Of a stretch of DNA of 51,897 nt, positions 27,316 through 36,135 are shown piece by piece. The notes below the pieces were generated by a model. That model had not been told where the DNA came from. It saw nothing but the letters and a program-made list of their open reading frames with translations, and searched no databases. Positions within the stretch are counted from its first letter, which is position 1; each line of letters opens with the position of its first letter. The stretch is from positions 1 to 51,897 of IMG/VR virus record IMGVR_UViG_3300032893_000068. One strand, given 5' to 3'. The position numbers were made by a program, and so were the translations under genes. The stretch is from a virus (taxonomy: Duplodnaviria; Caudoviricetes).

Positions 27316-27682
27316 CGGTTTCTTTTTCCAATTCCTTCAGTAGATTGAATGCAACATCTGCTGCTTTTTTTGATTCCTCTTGTTTTTGCTCTTTCTCAGT
27401 GACGGGTTTTCTCTTGGCTTTCTGATATTCCAAAAGTTCCATCCAAATCTTCATTTCTGCTTCCAAGGCTTTCCGTTGATATTCCAAAGGACAAGTACGA
27501 AGAAGTGCAGCAATCTTAATCAACTCTTCCGCAGGATCTTTTCTAAACCGATCAAATACTGTCTTGGGCTTATTCTTAACTCCCTTTGGGCGGCCAGTTA
27601 AATTGGCGTGAGGAAATTCTCGTTTACGACCTGTAAGGGGACTAATCTCTGGTTCTTTTGATATTTCTTTATTTTCTTCCAT
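27200..27682 (-). CDS. terS: Terminase small subunit (putative)
   Basis: GRPKGVKNK motif, directly upstream of terL and overlapping it by 116 nt. Confidence 0.7.
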   Translation of the reverse strand: MEENKEISKEPEISPLTGRKREFPHANLTGRPKGVKNKPKTVFDRFRKDPAEELIKIAALLRTCPLEYQRKALEAEMKIWMELLEYQKAKRKPVTEKEQKQEESKKAADVAFNLLKELEKETDAHTGTTGTSNPTSVDSGKSDLQAETSPEKDLQDGNGE

Positions 27683-27691
27683 AAAATTTTT

Positions 27692-27763
27692 AGCCCCCTA
27701 AAGGAATCGAACCCTTGTCAGCGGTTTACAAAACCGATGCTCTACCGATTGAGCTAAGAGGGC
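27692..27763 (-). tRNA. tRNA-Thr(UGU), CCA not encoded
   Basis: GCCCTCT TA GCTC AATCGGTA GAGC A TCGGT TTTGTAA ACCGC TGAC AAGGG TTCGATT CCTTT AGGGGGC T. Confidence 0.9.
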
Positions 27764-27769
27764 ACCGAT

Positions 27770-28138
27770 TTACTTGTATATTTCTTCGGATCGAGGAGAC
27801 TGAAGCTTTTTGAAGGCAAGTTCCGCTGCGGCAATGGCCAGAAATAGTTCATCTCCGGCTGTCGGCTGAAAACTAGGCTGTGTAGACAAAGACAAAACAG
27901 CAAACATATCCGCTCCACATTGATTCAGAGCAAGATCAATTTGCTTATCTGCCGTCTCTCTACGAATATCTTTAAAAATCGTCATGGCGCGAGACTGAAT
28001 CCAGCCTTGTGCTCTCTTCGCTGCCCAGCGTTCAATGAAATTGGGCTTCTCATGAATTACAAAATTGTTTAAGAAAGTGTTGAAAGACCGCAGAGCCAAG
28101 ACATCATTAACAGCAAAAACCAAGGCTACGCTTAGCAC
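27770..28138 (-). CDS. Hypothetical protein with N-terminal signal or TM segment
   Basis: GTG start, packed in the operon. Confidence 0.6.
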   Translation of the reverse strand: MLSVALVFAVNDVLALRSFNTFLNNFVIHEKPNFIERWAAKRAQGWIQSRAMTIFKDIRRETADKQIDLALNQCGADMFAVLSLSTQPSFQPTAGDELFLAIAAAELAFKKLQSPRSEEIYK

Positions 28139-28365
28139 GTCAGAGTTCCACCTTGAATTGTGTTCGAGCCAGTTGTGCTACAACCCACAATGTTCGGTTG
28201 ATACCGCCACCAAGGATACCAATAGTTCGATGGTTGTCCACAAGTGGGACATCTGTGGCACGTAGGACACACACCTACTTGTTGAATATAGCCAGATGTG
28301 TGTTGTTGGTTCAAATTAAAATTCTGGCCTTCTGTATTGTTCCATTCCGGTAAATTATTTTCCAT
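28132..28365 (-). CDS. Small protein with a CPTCHRCPTCG motif
   Basis: Start MENNLPEW after GGTGG. Confidence 0.6.
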   Translation of the reverse strand: MENNLPEWNNTEGQNFNLNQQHTSGYIQQVGVCPTCHRCPTCGQPSNYWYPWWRYQPNIVGCSTTGSNTIQGGTLTC

Positions 28366-28774
28366 AATTAATCCACCGGACATCTTTACTTTTAAGGTAG
28401 TTTGACGCAATATGTACTAAGAAAGACGTGATTTTATCTGTCTTTTTTTCTTTCTTTTTTGATTCTAAGGATTCTAATTCATACAACTGTTCTTTGAACA
28501 AAAAATCATTGAGTTTTTTACTTTGAGTAGGAGATAAATTAATCTCTTTACTTATTTTTTCAATAAAGGCATTAACAAAACCAAAAGGGATGTAGCAATA
28601 ATTTTTATCTACAGCTTTATCATCTTCTTTCCATCCCTCATTGGTAAAAATATTTCTTCTTCCGTCACCTGGTGCTCTGATGATAAACTGCACACTATCA
28701 TAGCCTGGGATATATGAATGCCACAGTTGAGCTGTTTTTGTTAAAAATAGACTATCGTTAGAAATATTAAACAT
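28355..28774 (-). CDS. Hypothetical protein (AT-rich)
   Basis: 139 aa ORF, coupled to its neighbours. Confidence 0.6.
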   Translation of the reverse strand: MFNISNDSLFLTKTAQLWHSYIPGYDSVQFIIRAPGDGRRNIFTNEGWKEDDKAVDKNYCYIPFGFVNAFIEKISKEINLSPTQSKKLNDFLFKEQLYELESLESKKKEKKTDKITSFLVHIASNYLKSKDVRWINYGK

Positions 28775-28890
28775 TATTTATCTCCGAAAATCTTGTTCAA
28801 TTCTTCCCAAAGCATCTTCGCTTCCTCAAAAGTCATTTCAATCGGTTCGCCTTGCGGACTGTACACTTTTATCTCAATCCTCATTCCCAT
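28774..28890 (-). CDS. Small hypothetical protein (MGMRIEIKVYSPQGEPIEMTFEEAKMLWEELNKIFGDK)
   Basis: AAGGA RBS, fills the gap, TAATG coupling. Confidence 0.6.
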   Translation of the reverse strand: MGMRIEIKVYSPQGEPIEMTFEEAKMLWEELNKIFGDK

Positions 28891-28896
28891 ATCCTT

Positions 28897-29154
28897 TTAC
28901 CACCCTCTCGCCTTTTCTCGTGTCACCATCGCTGTCACAGCAGCCTCAAGCTGTTCAACTTTATGTCTCAAAACGTCATCCACCTTACTCACCTTTGTCT
29001 CTTGAAGTTTATCAAATCCATCCTTCATATACCCTAAGGCTAGTGCCAAGCAAGCGGCATAGGCAAAGCCAACAGAATGAAATACAGTAGCCAGCACAAA
29101 AAACTTAAAAGGAAATACATACGTTATCGGCTTAGGCAACAAGTTCTTCCACAT
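28897..29154 (-). CDS. Membrane protein (2 TM segments + coiled coil)
   Basis: Start MWKNLL after GAGGAG; hydrophobic N-terminal half. Confidence 0.6.
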   Translation of the reverse strand: MWKNLLPKPITYVFPFKFFVLATVFHSVGFAYAACLALALGYMKDGFDKLQETKVSKVDDVLRHKVEQLEAAVTAMVTREKARGW

Positions 29155-29488
29155 TTTTCTTCTCCTCAATCGTTCTATTCGGTTCCTCAACCGAGCGTAA
29201 AAAATACGCAATGTTCTCTCTGCTCCACTTATGGATGTCATTCAGATGCCATAAGGTATTTCCCATCTGCCAAGAAATGTGACAAACAGGGCATTCTATC
29301 TGACCAAATTTGTAATTCAAATCTTCTACCAGCCGCCAGGCATCCATGTGACAAGATTCCAAAGCCTTTTTCCCGAAGAATCCTTCAAACATGGCTCCAA
29401 CAGCACAAGTGCCTTGTCCATCAAACATACTGACGAAGGCTTGTGGCCTCAATTTACTGCCTTTCAGCATCGCTTCCCAATACTTCAT
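29132..29488 (-). CDS. Hypothetical phage protein
   Basis: TCAVGA...CPVC...WHLNDIHKWSRENIAYFL pattern. AAGGA RBS. Confidence 0.7.
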   Translation of the reverse strand: MKYWEAMLKGSKLRPQAFVSMFDGQGTCAVGAMFEGFFGKKALESCHMDAWRLVEDLNYKFGQIECPVCHISWQMGNTLWHLNDIHKWSRENIAYFLRSVEEPNRTIEEKKNVEELVA

Positions 29489-29735
29489 TTCCTTTGTCCT
29501 TTAATCTCAATTTTGTTACTTTGTTTGTAGCCAATTCCAAAATATTTGCATCATGGTCATATTTCAGGTGCTTTATTGCTGGAAGAAGGAGACTTTCTTT
29601 TGTATCCCCCCATTCATTGTATTCTTCCCAGGTTCCTGCCATACCAAAAAGCATGTAAGCATAGCTCTTTAAAACCCCACCTGGCTTCCTAGCTCTTGAT
29701 TTCCGGCCCTTTTTTGGGTGTTTTGATCCCATCAT
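29454..29735 (-). CDS. Hypothetical protein with basic N-terminus
   Basis: Part of ORF 29454..29828; start uncertain (MMGSKHPKK). Confidence 0.45.
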   Translation of the reverse strand: MMGSKHPKKGRKSRARKPGGVLKSYAYMLFGMAGTWEEYNEWGDTKESLLLPAIKHLKYDHDANILELATNKVTKLRLKDKGNEVLGSDAERQ

Positions 29736-29769
29736 ACGTTTTTCGTCTTTTTCCCCCCAAAATCCCTGT

Positions 29770-30039
29770 TTAATGTGTTTGATTTTGGGAAGTGGGAGAG
29801 AATGCGAAGATTTCTCTCCATTGACCAAGCTTTTCTAGTTTCTTAAGCATGGCAAAGCCTTTCGGAATGAACCATTCTACAGCGATCAAGGTTTCATGAT
29901 CGAAATACTCTCGACTGGGTTTTCGCATGTCTGAGAGGATTTGGTACAGGTCTTTAGTTTGATTGTCCAGTGGGAGATAGATGTTCAATATCCCATCTTC
30001 TACTTGATAATCAGAGATTTTACTATAATACAATGACAT
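29770..30039 (-). CDS. Hypothetical protein
   Basis: 89 aa ORF on the arm's strand. Confidence 0.55.
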   Translation of the reverse strand: MSLYYSKISDYQVEDGILNIYLPLDNQTKDLYQILSDMRKPSREYFDHETLIAVEWFIPKGFAMLKKLEKLGQWREIFAFSPTSQNQTH

Positions 30040-30137
30040 TCTTTCTATGCTCTATTCTTTAAGGTATCTAAGAAAAATCTTTCAAACCTAAAGGGAACGA
30101 TGCCACTACTTCCCCCGCCCTACCTACCGGCCTATTC

Positions 30138-30353
30138 TTAAGCAACAATCTCAGGCTCAATTGTTTTGCTCTTGGCTTCCGCTTCGCTTTGCTTCCTCAA
30201 AGCTTCTCTTTCTTGTGTGAGATTAAAGGCAGCTTGTCTTAAGAAGTCGATAACGGCTACAACCTCGCTACGTTTAGGGCTATCGCTTACCACTACGTTA
30301 TGCGTTAGCTCTAGGCTTTTTAGTAAAGCATCGATTTCTTCAATCCTGGTCAT
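30138..30353 (-). CDS. Small coiled-coil protein
   Basis: GAGGA RBS, first gene downstream of motif copy 1. Confidence 0.7.
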   Translation of the reverse strand: MTRIEEIDALLKSLELTHNVVVSDSPKRSEVVAVIDFLRQAAFNLTQEREALRKQSEAEAKSKTIEPEIVA

Positions 30354-30476
30354 TGTTTCCTCTCTTGTTAGCTTATTCTGTGTTATATTGCTCTGTTTAT
30401 AGCTTTTTAGCTTAAATCTTTGTTTAAATCGTTTGTTTTTAGCTTTGCTATTCTCTAGCTTTCAATAAGTCCCTCT

Positions 30477-30513
30477 ATTAGTAGTAGGCAAAAACCCCAT
30501 TTTAACAGACAAG
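30477..30513 (-). promoter_or_regulatory. Phage-specific bipartite promoter-like motif, copy 1
   Basis: Minus strand CTTGTCTGTTAAAATGGGGTTTTTGCCTACTACTAAT. Confidence 0.75.
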
Positions 30514-30517
30514 CTTT

Positions 30518-30649
30518 TTACTTTTCTTTTAAAATAGTTGTAACTATCGCTCTAAATTCCTTAGAAAGCTCATCATTCATGTCTAGCTGTTCTTTAGAAG
30601 GCATTACTATTGGTTGCTTATTCTTATCAATTAAATACTTGTCTTTCAT
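30518..30649 (-). CDS. Small hypothetical protein (43 aa)
   Basis: MKDKYLIDKNKQPIVMPSKEQLDMNDELSKEFRAIVTTILKEK; weak RBS. Confidence 0.4.
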   Translation of the reverse strand: MKDKYLIDKNKQPIVMPSKEQLDMNDELSKEFRAIVTTILKEK

Positions 30650-30902
30650 TCTCTTTTAATTTGGGCAGCACGCTACTTTTCTTTTTTCTTAAGATAGCCG
30701 TTAGGGGGCGAAGGTAAGAAGAAAGATTGTTGCGAGTCTTAATGTCCCAATAACATTAAATATGAGTCTTATGGTATCTTAATCGGGGCCGTTAATCGTA
30801 AGTAGCCAAAACCAAACGGATGAGTCCCCTCTGACACTTCTTTCTAGCTTAGGTCTTTTATCGGAGTAACCTTACAGAAATCGTTTAAGCGTATACCTCT
30901 CC

Positions 30903-30939
30903 ATTAGTAGTAGGCAAAATCGGGGTTTTAACAGACAAG
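30903..30939 (-). promoter_or_regulatory. Phage-specific bipartite promoter-like motif, copy 2
   Basis: Minus strand CTTGTCTGTTAAAACCCCGATTTTGCCTACTACTAAT; both flanking blocks identical to copy 1. Confidence 0.75.
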
Positions 30940-31005
30940 AATTTGATATTTATTTTTAGATGCAATGAAAATGCCTAATTATCACGAAGATTTCATATAA
31001 AAGAC

Positions 31006-31035
31006 TTGATGTTGTCACAATTCTCATGGTAGACT
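31006..31035 (+). promoter_or_regulatory. Host sigma70-type early promoter
   Basis: TTGATG-N18-TAGACT with extended -10 TGn, upstream of the first plus-arm gene. Confidence 0.55.
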
Positions 31036-31081
31036 TAGACAGAAGCAAAGAAACAAAATTGACGGATAAGGAGATTTCACA

Positions 31082-31321
31082 ATGACCTTAAATAAACTCG
31101 GAACAAATCAGACGGAAATCACATTCGGAAAAGATAATCATGTTTTGTTTTCGTACAATACACCGGTTGCAGCATATTTTAACGGAGTGTTTTACAGAAC
31201 GTCTAAGAAATGGAGCAATACAACGTCGAAGCATATCAACAAATGGCTTGCGGGGGCAAATGGTGTAGTGGAAATCAAGCCACAAGAGTTTTTCACAAGT
31301 TTAACGCAGTACATGGGTTGA
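31082..31321 (+). CDS. Conserved early phage hypothetical protein
   Basis: TAAGGAG RBS; LFSYNTPVAA...WSNTTSKHINKW motif. Confidence 0.8.
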   Translation: MTLNKLGTNQTEITFGKDNHVLFSYNTPVAAYFNGVFYRTSKKWSNTTSKHINKWLAGANGVVEIKPQEFFTSLTQYMG

Positions 31322-31600
31322 TGATATGACCAAAATACGAACGGTGACGCTTACACCAAAAGAAGCGCGAGAATTGGAACATAAAGGCTTTATCCTGAAA
31401 TTTAAAATGATGCACTTAGACGGGACAGACACATTTGATGTGTACGTGAGCAACACAGAGCAACAAGGGGCGAGCCTATGAAATTGGTCAAAATCATTCC
31501 GATTGAACTTGTCACCAATTTTTCATTCGATTGTCCTGGTTATATCTTTGTGTATGGTGTAGACTGTTTGAGAATCTACAAACAAGTGAGGAAATAAATC

Positions 31601-32803
31601 ATGCGAACGCTTTATAAAATAGATCGACGTTTCGAGAGTAGGGGGAGACAGTACGCCGTTGATGCGCTCACGCGCTTGATGACAATGCGAGAAGTGACAG
31701 CGGCCTACGTTCGGGAAGCAATCAAGTTAGGTGCAAAGTTTAACAGCAACAACCGCTTAGACAGTATGCGCCACGACATGAAAGAATTACGGCAACGATT
31801 CAAAAATGGTTTGATGGTGTATCATGATGACGCGCTTATGCGAACTGTGAACGGATATTCGTTTAGATCAACTATTCCGTCGGATAAACCGCGAGTAATG
31901 GCCTTAAAGATAGCTAAGGAAAGCCTCATTCGACAAATCAAAGAGTATCGACGCATGAGCAAAGTATTATACGACACTAAGGGCGCGAAAATCTTACGAC
32001 GCAAGCCGGGTCAGTTTATGATGGAAATTTTAGTTAGGCGCTTACGTGATCCGAAAACGCCAGTGACAAATGACCAATACATAGGAATTGAAATCGAGTG
32101 TGTAATGCCACGAACTGCCGATTTCACGGCGCTTGCGCCATTCCACAAATATGTAGCCGTCGGAACAGATGGAAGCGTGAACTATGAAAGCGGAGAGGAA
32201 GGCAGAGAAATCCGAGTGTGCTTAAAGCGTAGCGAAGTGAGGGACATATTGCCCAAAATCTTAGACACACTTCGGAACCTTGGCGCGTATGTCAACACGT
32301 CATGCGGGCTACACGTACATTTAGACCAGCGCAACAATCCAAGACCGGATATTGCTTTCAACAATCTTGTGCGAAGCCTTAGCCTCTTGTATAAGGTAGT
32401 CCCAGCGAGTAGACATAAAAACGGATACTGTCACCGTAACCGTACCGCAAACTGGAATGACGCAAGATATCAAGAAAGATACAAAGCAGTCAACGCAACG
32501 GCCTATGACCGATACAGAACGCTAGAGGTACGGCTTTTCGGTGGCACGTTGAACGCGACGAAAATCATAAACTGGGTTGAAACCCTAGAGGGAATCGTAG
32601 ATATGCCCGAAATGATGATGCGCTGCCCTGGTACTTTCAAACTTGCCCAAAAGAAATGGAAGCTATCAGATGAAAATGTAGCATGGCTAGAAATGCGTGA
32701 AAAAATGTTTAGTGACATAAATGTTAGTAGGACAGAAGCGGATCTAAACGGCGATGTGAACGTGCCGATAGCTGTAAACCAATTCGAAACTGTACCATTT
32801 TAA
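31601..32803 (+). CDS. Putative amidoligase (COOH-NH2 ligase, Amidoligase_2-like)
   Basis: YIGIEIE, TDGSV, GREI, VNTSCGLHVHLD, RYKAVN and TLEVRLFGGT motifs in the expected order. Confidence 0.85.
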   Translation: MRTLYKIDRRFESRGRQYAVDALTRLMTMREVTAAYVREAIKLGAKFNSNNRLDSMRHDMKELRQRFKNGLMVYHDDALMRTVNGYSFRSTIPSDKPRVMALKIAKESLIRQIKEYRRMSKVLYDTKGAKILRRKPGQFMMEILVRRLRDPKTPVTNDQYIGIEIECVMPRTADFTALAPFHKYVAVGTDGSVNYESGEEGREIRVCLKRSEVRDILPKILDTLRNLGAYVNTSCGLHVHLDQRNNPRPDIAFNNLVRSLSLLYKVVPASRHKNGYCHRNRTANWNDARYQERYKAVNATAYDRYRTLEVRLFGGTLNATKIINWVETLEGIVDMPEMMMRCPGTFKLAQKKWKLSDENVAWLEMREKMFSDINVSRTEADLNGDVNVPIAVNQFETVPF

Positions 32804-32815
32804 GGAGAAATGAAA

Positions 32816-33835
32816 ATGTGTAAACTTTACGCAGTGGTGGAAATTGAAAACAAAAAGAACGCGGAACTATTCACACGGGCAGCATTGCCAATCATAACGA
32901 AAACAGATAATCACGGGTTAGGCATTATGAGACTTGGCGAGCGGGGCGTACATATACAGCGATGGCTAGACTTGCCCGCCGTAGTGAGAAAGAATAAAAG
33001 CAAAGTGTTGATGAAATATGAGAAAGCATTAAAGCATCAAGCAAATGAGGAGGGAAATAGATCAAACAAATTGTATGCAATCGCAGTGCATGGAAGATTT
33101 GCAACTTGTGCAAAGACTCTAGCAAATACGCATCCGTTTTACAGAAACGGGACGGCCCTAATGCACAATGGAATCATAAGCAACGCGGAGAAATACGACA
33201 AGCCTTTAAGCACTTGTGACAGCGAAGCCTTACTAACTCAATACTTACAGCATGAAGTAAGAGCAAACAATATACGATTGACAGACGCGCTTAAGGATGT
33301 GAGCGGATATTATGCGACGATAGTGTTTAACGATAACGGGATAATTGACATTTGGCGAGATGAGACGGCAAGCCTTTACATCGCGCATGTTAAAGGCGTC
33401 GGGGTGGTGATAGCGACAACCAAGGAAATAATTACGGGCGCGGCCAGGAAATGCAAAGCATACATAACAGGCATTGATGAAATGCTCCCGTGGACTACAA
33501 TACGATGGCATAATGGGGTAAATCCTCGCATCGGCACGTTTGAGAATGGCAAGCCGTACCAGCTAACACATTACACAAGCGCCGCATCGGTTGTCGATGA
33601 TGAGTACAAAAAATGGTGGCAAAAACAAGACGGGACGGGCAGCATCGACGACGTGCCAGGGTATCAACCACGTGAATGGAGCAAAACAGAGAGATGGAAA
33701 GACTACGACAAGGGCAGTGGAGCGCCCGACGTGGTGGATGCATCAGAAGGACAAGGGCATAATTGGCCGGAAGGCGGCGATAGTGACGAGGATTTAGAAG
33801 CGAAGTTTCTAGCACATTTACAAAAAGGAAAATAA
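32816..33835 (+). CDS. Class II (Ntn) glutamine amidotransferase
   Basis: Start M-C 8 nt after AAGGAG gives the N-terminal Cys nucleophile; HGRFAT, NTHPF, HNGII and DSE motifs. Confidence 0.9.
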   Translation: MCKLYAVVEIENKKNAELFTRAALPIITKTDNHGLGIMRLGERGVHIQRWLDLPAVVRKNKSKVLMKYEKALKHQANEEGNRSNKLYAIAVHGRFATCAKTLANTHPFYRNGTALMHNGIISNAEKYDKPLSTCDSEALLTQYLQHEVRANNIRLTDALKDVSGYYATIVFNDNGIIDIWRDETASLYIAHVKGVGVVIATTKEIITGAARKCKAYITGIDEMLPWTTIRWHNGVNPRIGTFENGKPYQLTHYTSAASVVDDEYKKWWQKQDGTGSIDDVPGYQPREWSKTERWKDYDKGSGAPDVVDASEGQGHNWPEGGDSDEDLEAKFLAHLQKGK

Positions 33836-33945
33836 AATGATGGTCGAAGCGTTTTGTAACCCATGTGGAATATGGCAAAACTTGCGAGTGAGCGACAAAA
33901 ATGCTTGCAAACATTGCGGAACGCCATTAAGTAGAATGGAAACGG

Positions 33946-34404
33946 ATGAAACAGAAGATCATAAACGTGATGCTTATGAGCGAAGCAAAGGAGGAAACAA
34001 CGATGACCTTTAATCTAATGGGGAAATGGCGGGAAGCTAAGAAGCGAGCGGATGCAATTGTGCAAGGGGATGTTGTGCCAATCATACCAGCTACAGTGGA
34101 GGAAAAGCTGAAACAAGTTTATCGGCCTAAGCGATACAACATCCACAAGCGAAGCTTGCCAGTTGGCATTGACAAAGTAGTAGTGTACAATATAGAGTCT
34201 TACGCGGCGGCGGTTGAACTGATAGACAAAGCGACGGACAAATTTGGGAGAGCGCGATTGTTTCAAGAGAAAGTCTTTTACAATGACGACACACGAACAA
34301 AGACCGTGATTTATTATGAACCCGTGGCCGTGGATGCGTTACCAATTGAGCGGAGCGTATTCTACAATCCACCGGAAACACAAAACATTGATTGGAAAGG
34401 ATAA
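33946..34404 (+). CDS. Hypothetical protein
   Basis: 152 aa ORF; an alternative start follows an internal AAGGAGG. Confidence 0.65.
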   Translation: MKQKIINVMLMSEAKEETTMTFNLMGKWREAKKRADAIVQGDVVPIIPATVEEKLKQVYRPKRYNIHKRSLPVGIDKVVVYNIESYAAAVELIDKATDKFGRARLFQEKVFYNDDTRTKTVIYYEPVAVDALPIERSVFYNPPETQNIDWKG

Positions 34405-34408
34405 AAAA

Positions 34409-34654
34409 ATGAGTGAACAAATTAAAAATGGGACTTGTATTGAGTGCGGAGCACTAGAAGGAAATGAGCATTTATATAATCCAGTATGTGAATGGCATAA
34501 ATCACACCCTTATGTATGTGACGCCTGTTGGTTAAATCAAAAAAATGGTCATAGTTGTCCAATGGAAAATCAAATAAAGCTTCGGACTAAAGCAATAAAA
34601 TCTGCATTTACAAGACTAAAAGAAGCTCAAACTATCTTTTCTGAATGGATTTAA
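34409..34654 (+). CDS. Cys-rich hypothetical protein
   Basis: AAAGGA RBS; CIEC and CDAC motifs. Confidence 0.6.
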   Translation: MSEQIKNGTCIECGALEGNEHLYNPVCEWHKSHPYVCDACWLNQKNGHSCPMENQIKLRTKAIKSAFTRLKEAQTIFSEWI

Positions 34655-34902
34655 AATACAATATATTTTATAAAAATGGAAAATAATATGAACCTAAAAT
34701 TGAATGAATTAGTAGAGGATGTGCAAAATGAACTTAACGGAATCACAGATGAAATGCTTAGATCCGAAATGTAACAAGCCGTTGATTGGTAAAGAATATT
34801 TTGAGGGACTACCAATCTATATTTGTGAGGATGGCCATAGAACCGGGCATTATCAAGAGGAAAGCAAAGACAACTATCTTAAGGTAGCATAGAGGTGATG
34901 CG

Positions 34903-35109
34903 ATGGAAAGACAAACGGTAGACCAATTGATAAATGAATACGGGCAACGTCTAGCAGACTTAGAAGGGATGTATTACCAGATGAACGGCTATTATCCATA
35001 TTTCGATTGCCATGAGTTTTGGGATGATCGCGCCGTCCGTTCAACGGATGCTCTGCTAGAGTTTTGGTGGAGCGTCAAGAAAGCGAAGGAGGGACGCCAT
35101 GCAAGCTAA
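34903..35109 (+). CDS. Hypothetical protein
   Basis: GAGGTG RBS. Confidence 0.65.
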   Translation: MERQTVDQLINEYGQRLADLEGMYYQMNGYYPYFDCHEFWDDRAVRSTDALLEFWWSVKKAKEGRHAS

Positions 35110-35281
35110 GGATAGCGCGGAAGGGCAGCGATATATCCTACCAGACCGTATAGGAAACAACGTGATAGGTATTCAATACGGATGGAATCATAATAAAGAA
35201 TATATTTTGTTTTTATTGGAGAGAGGAAAAGAGCGAATTATTAAAATTGTAATGCCACAAGAGGAAATAAAGAGTGTGTAA
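35099..35281 (+). CDS. Hypothetical protein
   Basis: GGAGG RBS, overlaps its neighbours. Confidence 0.55.
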   Translation: MQAKDSAEGQRYILPDRIGNNVIGIQYGWNHNKEYILFLLERGKERIIKIVMPQEEIKSV

Positions 35282-35711
35282 ACTTCTTATCATCGCATGG
35301 CTTGTCGGGAAGCTAACTATAACCAGTTACAGAAGCATTCCCCAACAAACCGATGACAGCCCATTGTACACATCAACGAATCAACACGTGTACAAGGGAG
35401 GATGTGCCATTAGTCGAGACTTGCTATGCAAAGCTTGCCGAAGGCTACATCATAGGTGCAAGCGCCCCGATGACCGGCGATACATTCATTACGGAGACTA
35501 TCTATACGTACAAGGGCATGGCATTGTACAGGTCAATGATGTAATGGGGGCAGTGGAGCATTACACAGTACGAACAAAGGGAGGCAAGAAAATTAGATTT
35601 CATACTATCCGCAATCAAATTGATATTTGGTGTGCTAGTTATGCAGAAGAAAAACGGTATGGAGTATCAAAAGTATTTGTATGGAGGTTAGAGATTAATG
35701 AAAAAATGTAA
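35274..35711 (+). CDS. 3D-domain (MltA-like) peptidoglycan-active protein
   Basis: TITSY...QTDDSPLYTS...CAISRDL...YGDYLYVQGHG...VNDVM...IDIW; hydrophobic N-terminus. Confidence 0.75.
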   Translation: MCKLLIIAWLVGKLTITSYRSIPQQTDDSPLYTSTNQHVYKGGCAISRDLLCKACRRLHHRCKRPDDRRYIHYGDYLYVQGHGIVQVNDVMGAVEHYTVRTKGGKKIRFHTIRNQIDIWCASYAEEKRYGVSKVFVWRLEINEKM

Positions 35712-36135
35712 TGTGTGTAATAAATATTTATTTCTAGAGGATTTTCACAAAAATCCTAAACATCCACAAGAGCATCATCGAACTTGTAAGAATTGTAGAA
35801 AAATAGAAACTAAAGAGCGATATAAAAAATATACTGATAAAATTAATCAACAAACTTTAGCATATAATAAAACGCATAAAATCTATCGTCGAATTGCAGT
35901 TGAAAATTATAGATGCAAAAAATTGGGGCTAACTACAAAAGTTTCTTATGATAGTTGGAGATCTATTTTATATCAACAAAATTTTAAATGTGCTAAATGT
36001 AAAGGAAAACGAAAATTGGAGATGGATCATATAATCCCAATCCTTAAAGGCGGCCAACATACTGTATCAAACATTCAAGCATTATGTAAACCATGTAATG
36101 TCCGTAAGGGAGCATACTATGATGGAAGCAAATAG
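35698..36135 (+). CDS. HNH endonuclease
   Basis: CAKC...EMDHIIPILKGGQHTVSNIQALCKPCNVRK; N-terminal CxxC pairs; AT-rich. Confidence 0.92.
   Translation: MKKCNVCNKYLFLEDFHKNPKHPQEHHRTCKNCRKIETKERYKKYTDKINQQTLAYNKTHKIYRRIAVENYRCKKLGLTTKVSYDSWRSILYQQNFKCAKCKGKRKLEMDHIIPILKGGQHTVSNIQALCKPCNVRKGAYYDGSK

Noticed and set aside
5345-27601. Numerous + strand and off-frame ORFs over the structural genes
   Set aside because: They are shadows of codon-biased minus-strand genes, without RBS or protein-like motifs.
30354-31081. Mini-CRISPR array formed by the 37-bp direct repeats
   Set aside because: Only two copies 426 bp apart with a variable centre, and a third inverted copy 6 kb away. This fits promoters, not repeat-spacer units.
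34169-34191. TTGACA…TACAAT sigma70 promoter
   Set aside because: The spacer is only 11 nt and it lies within a CDS.
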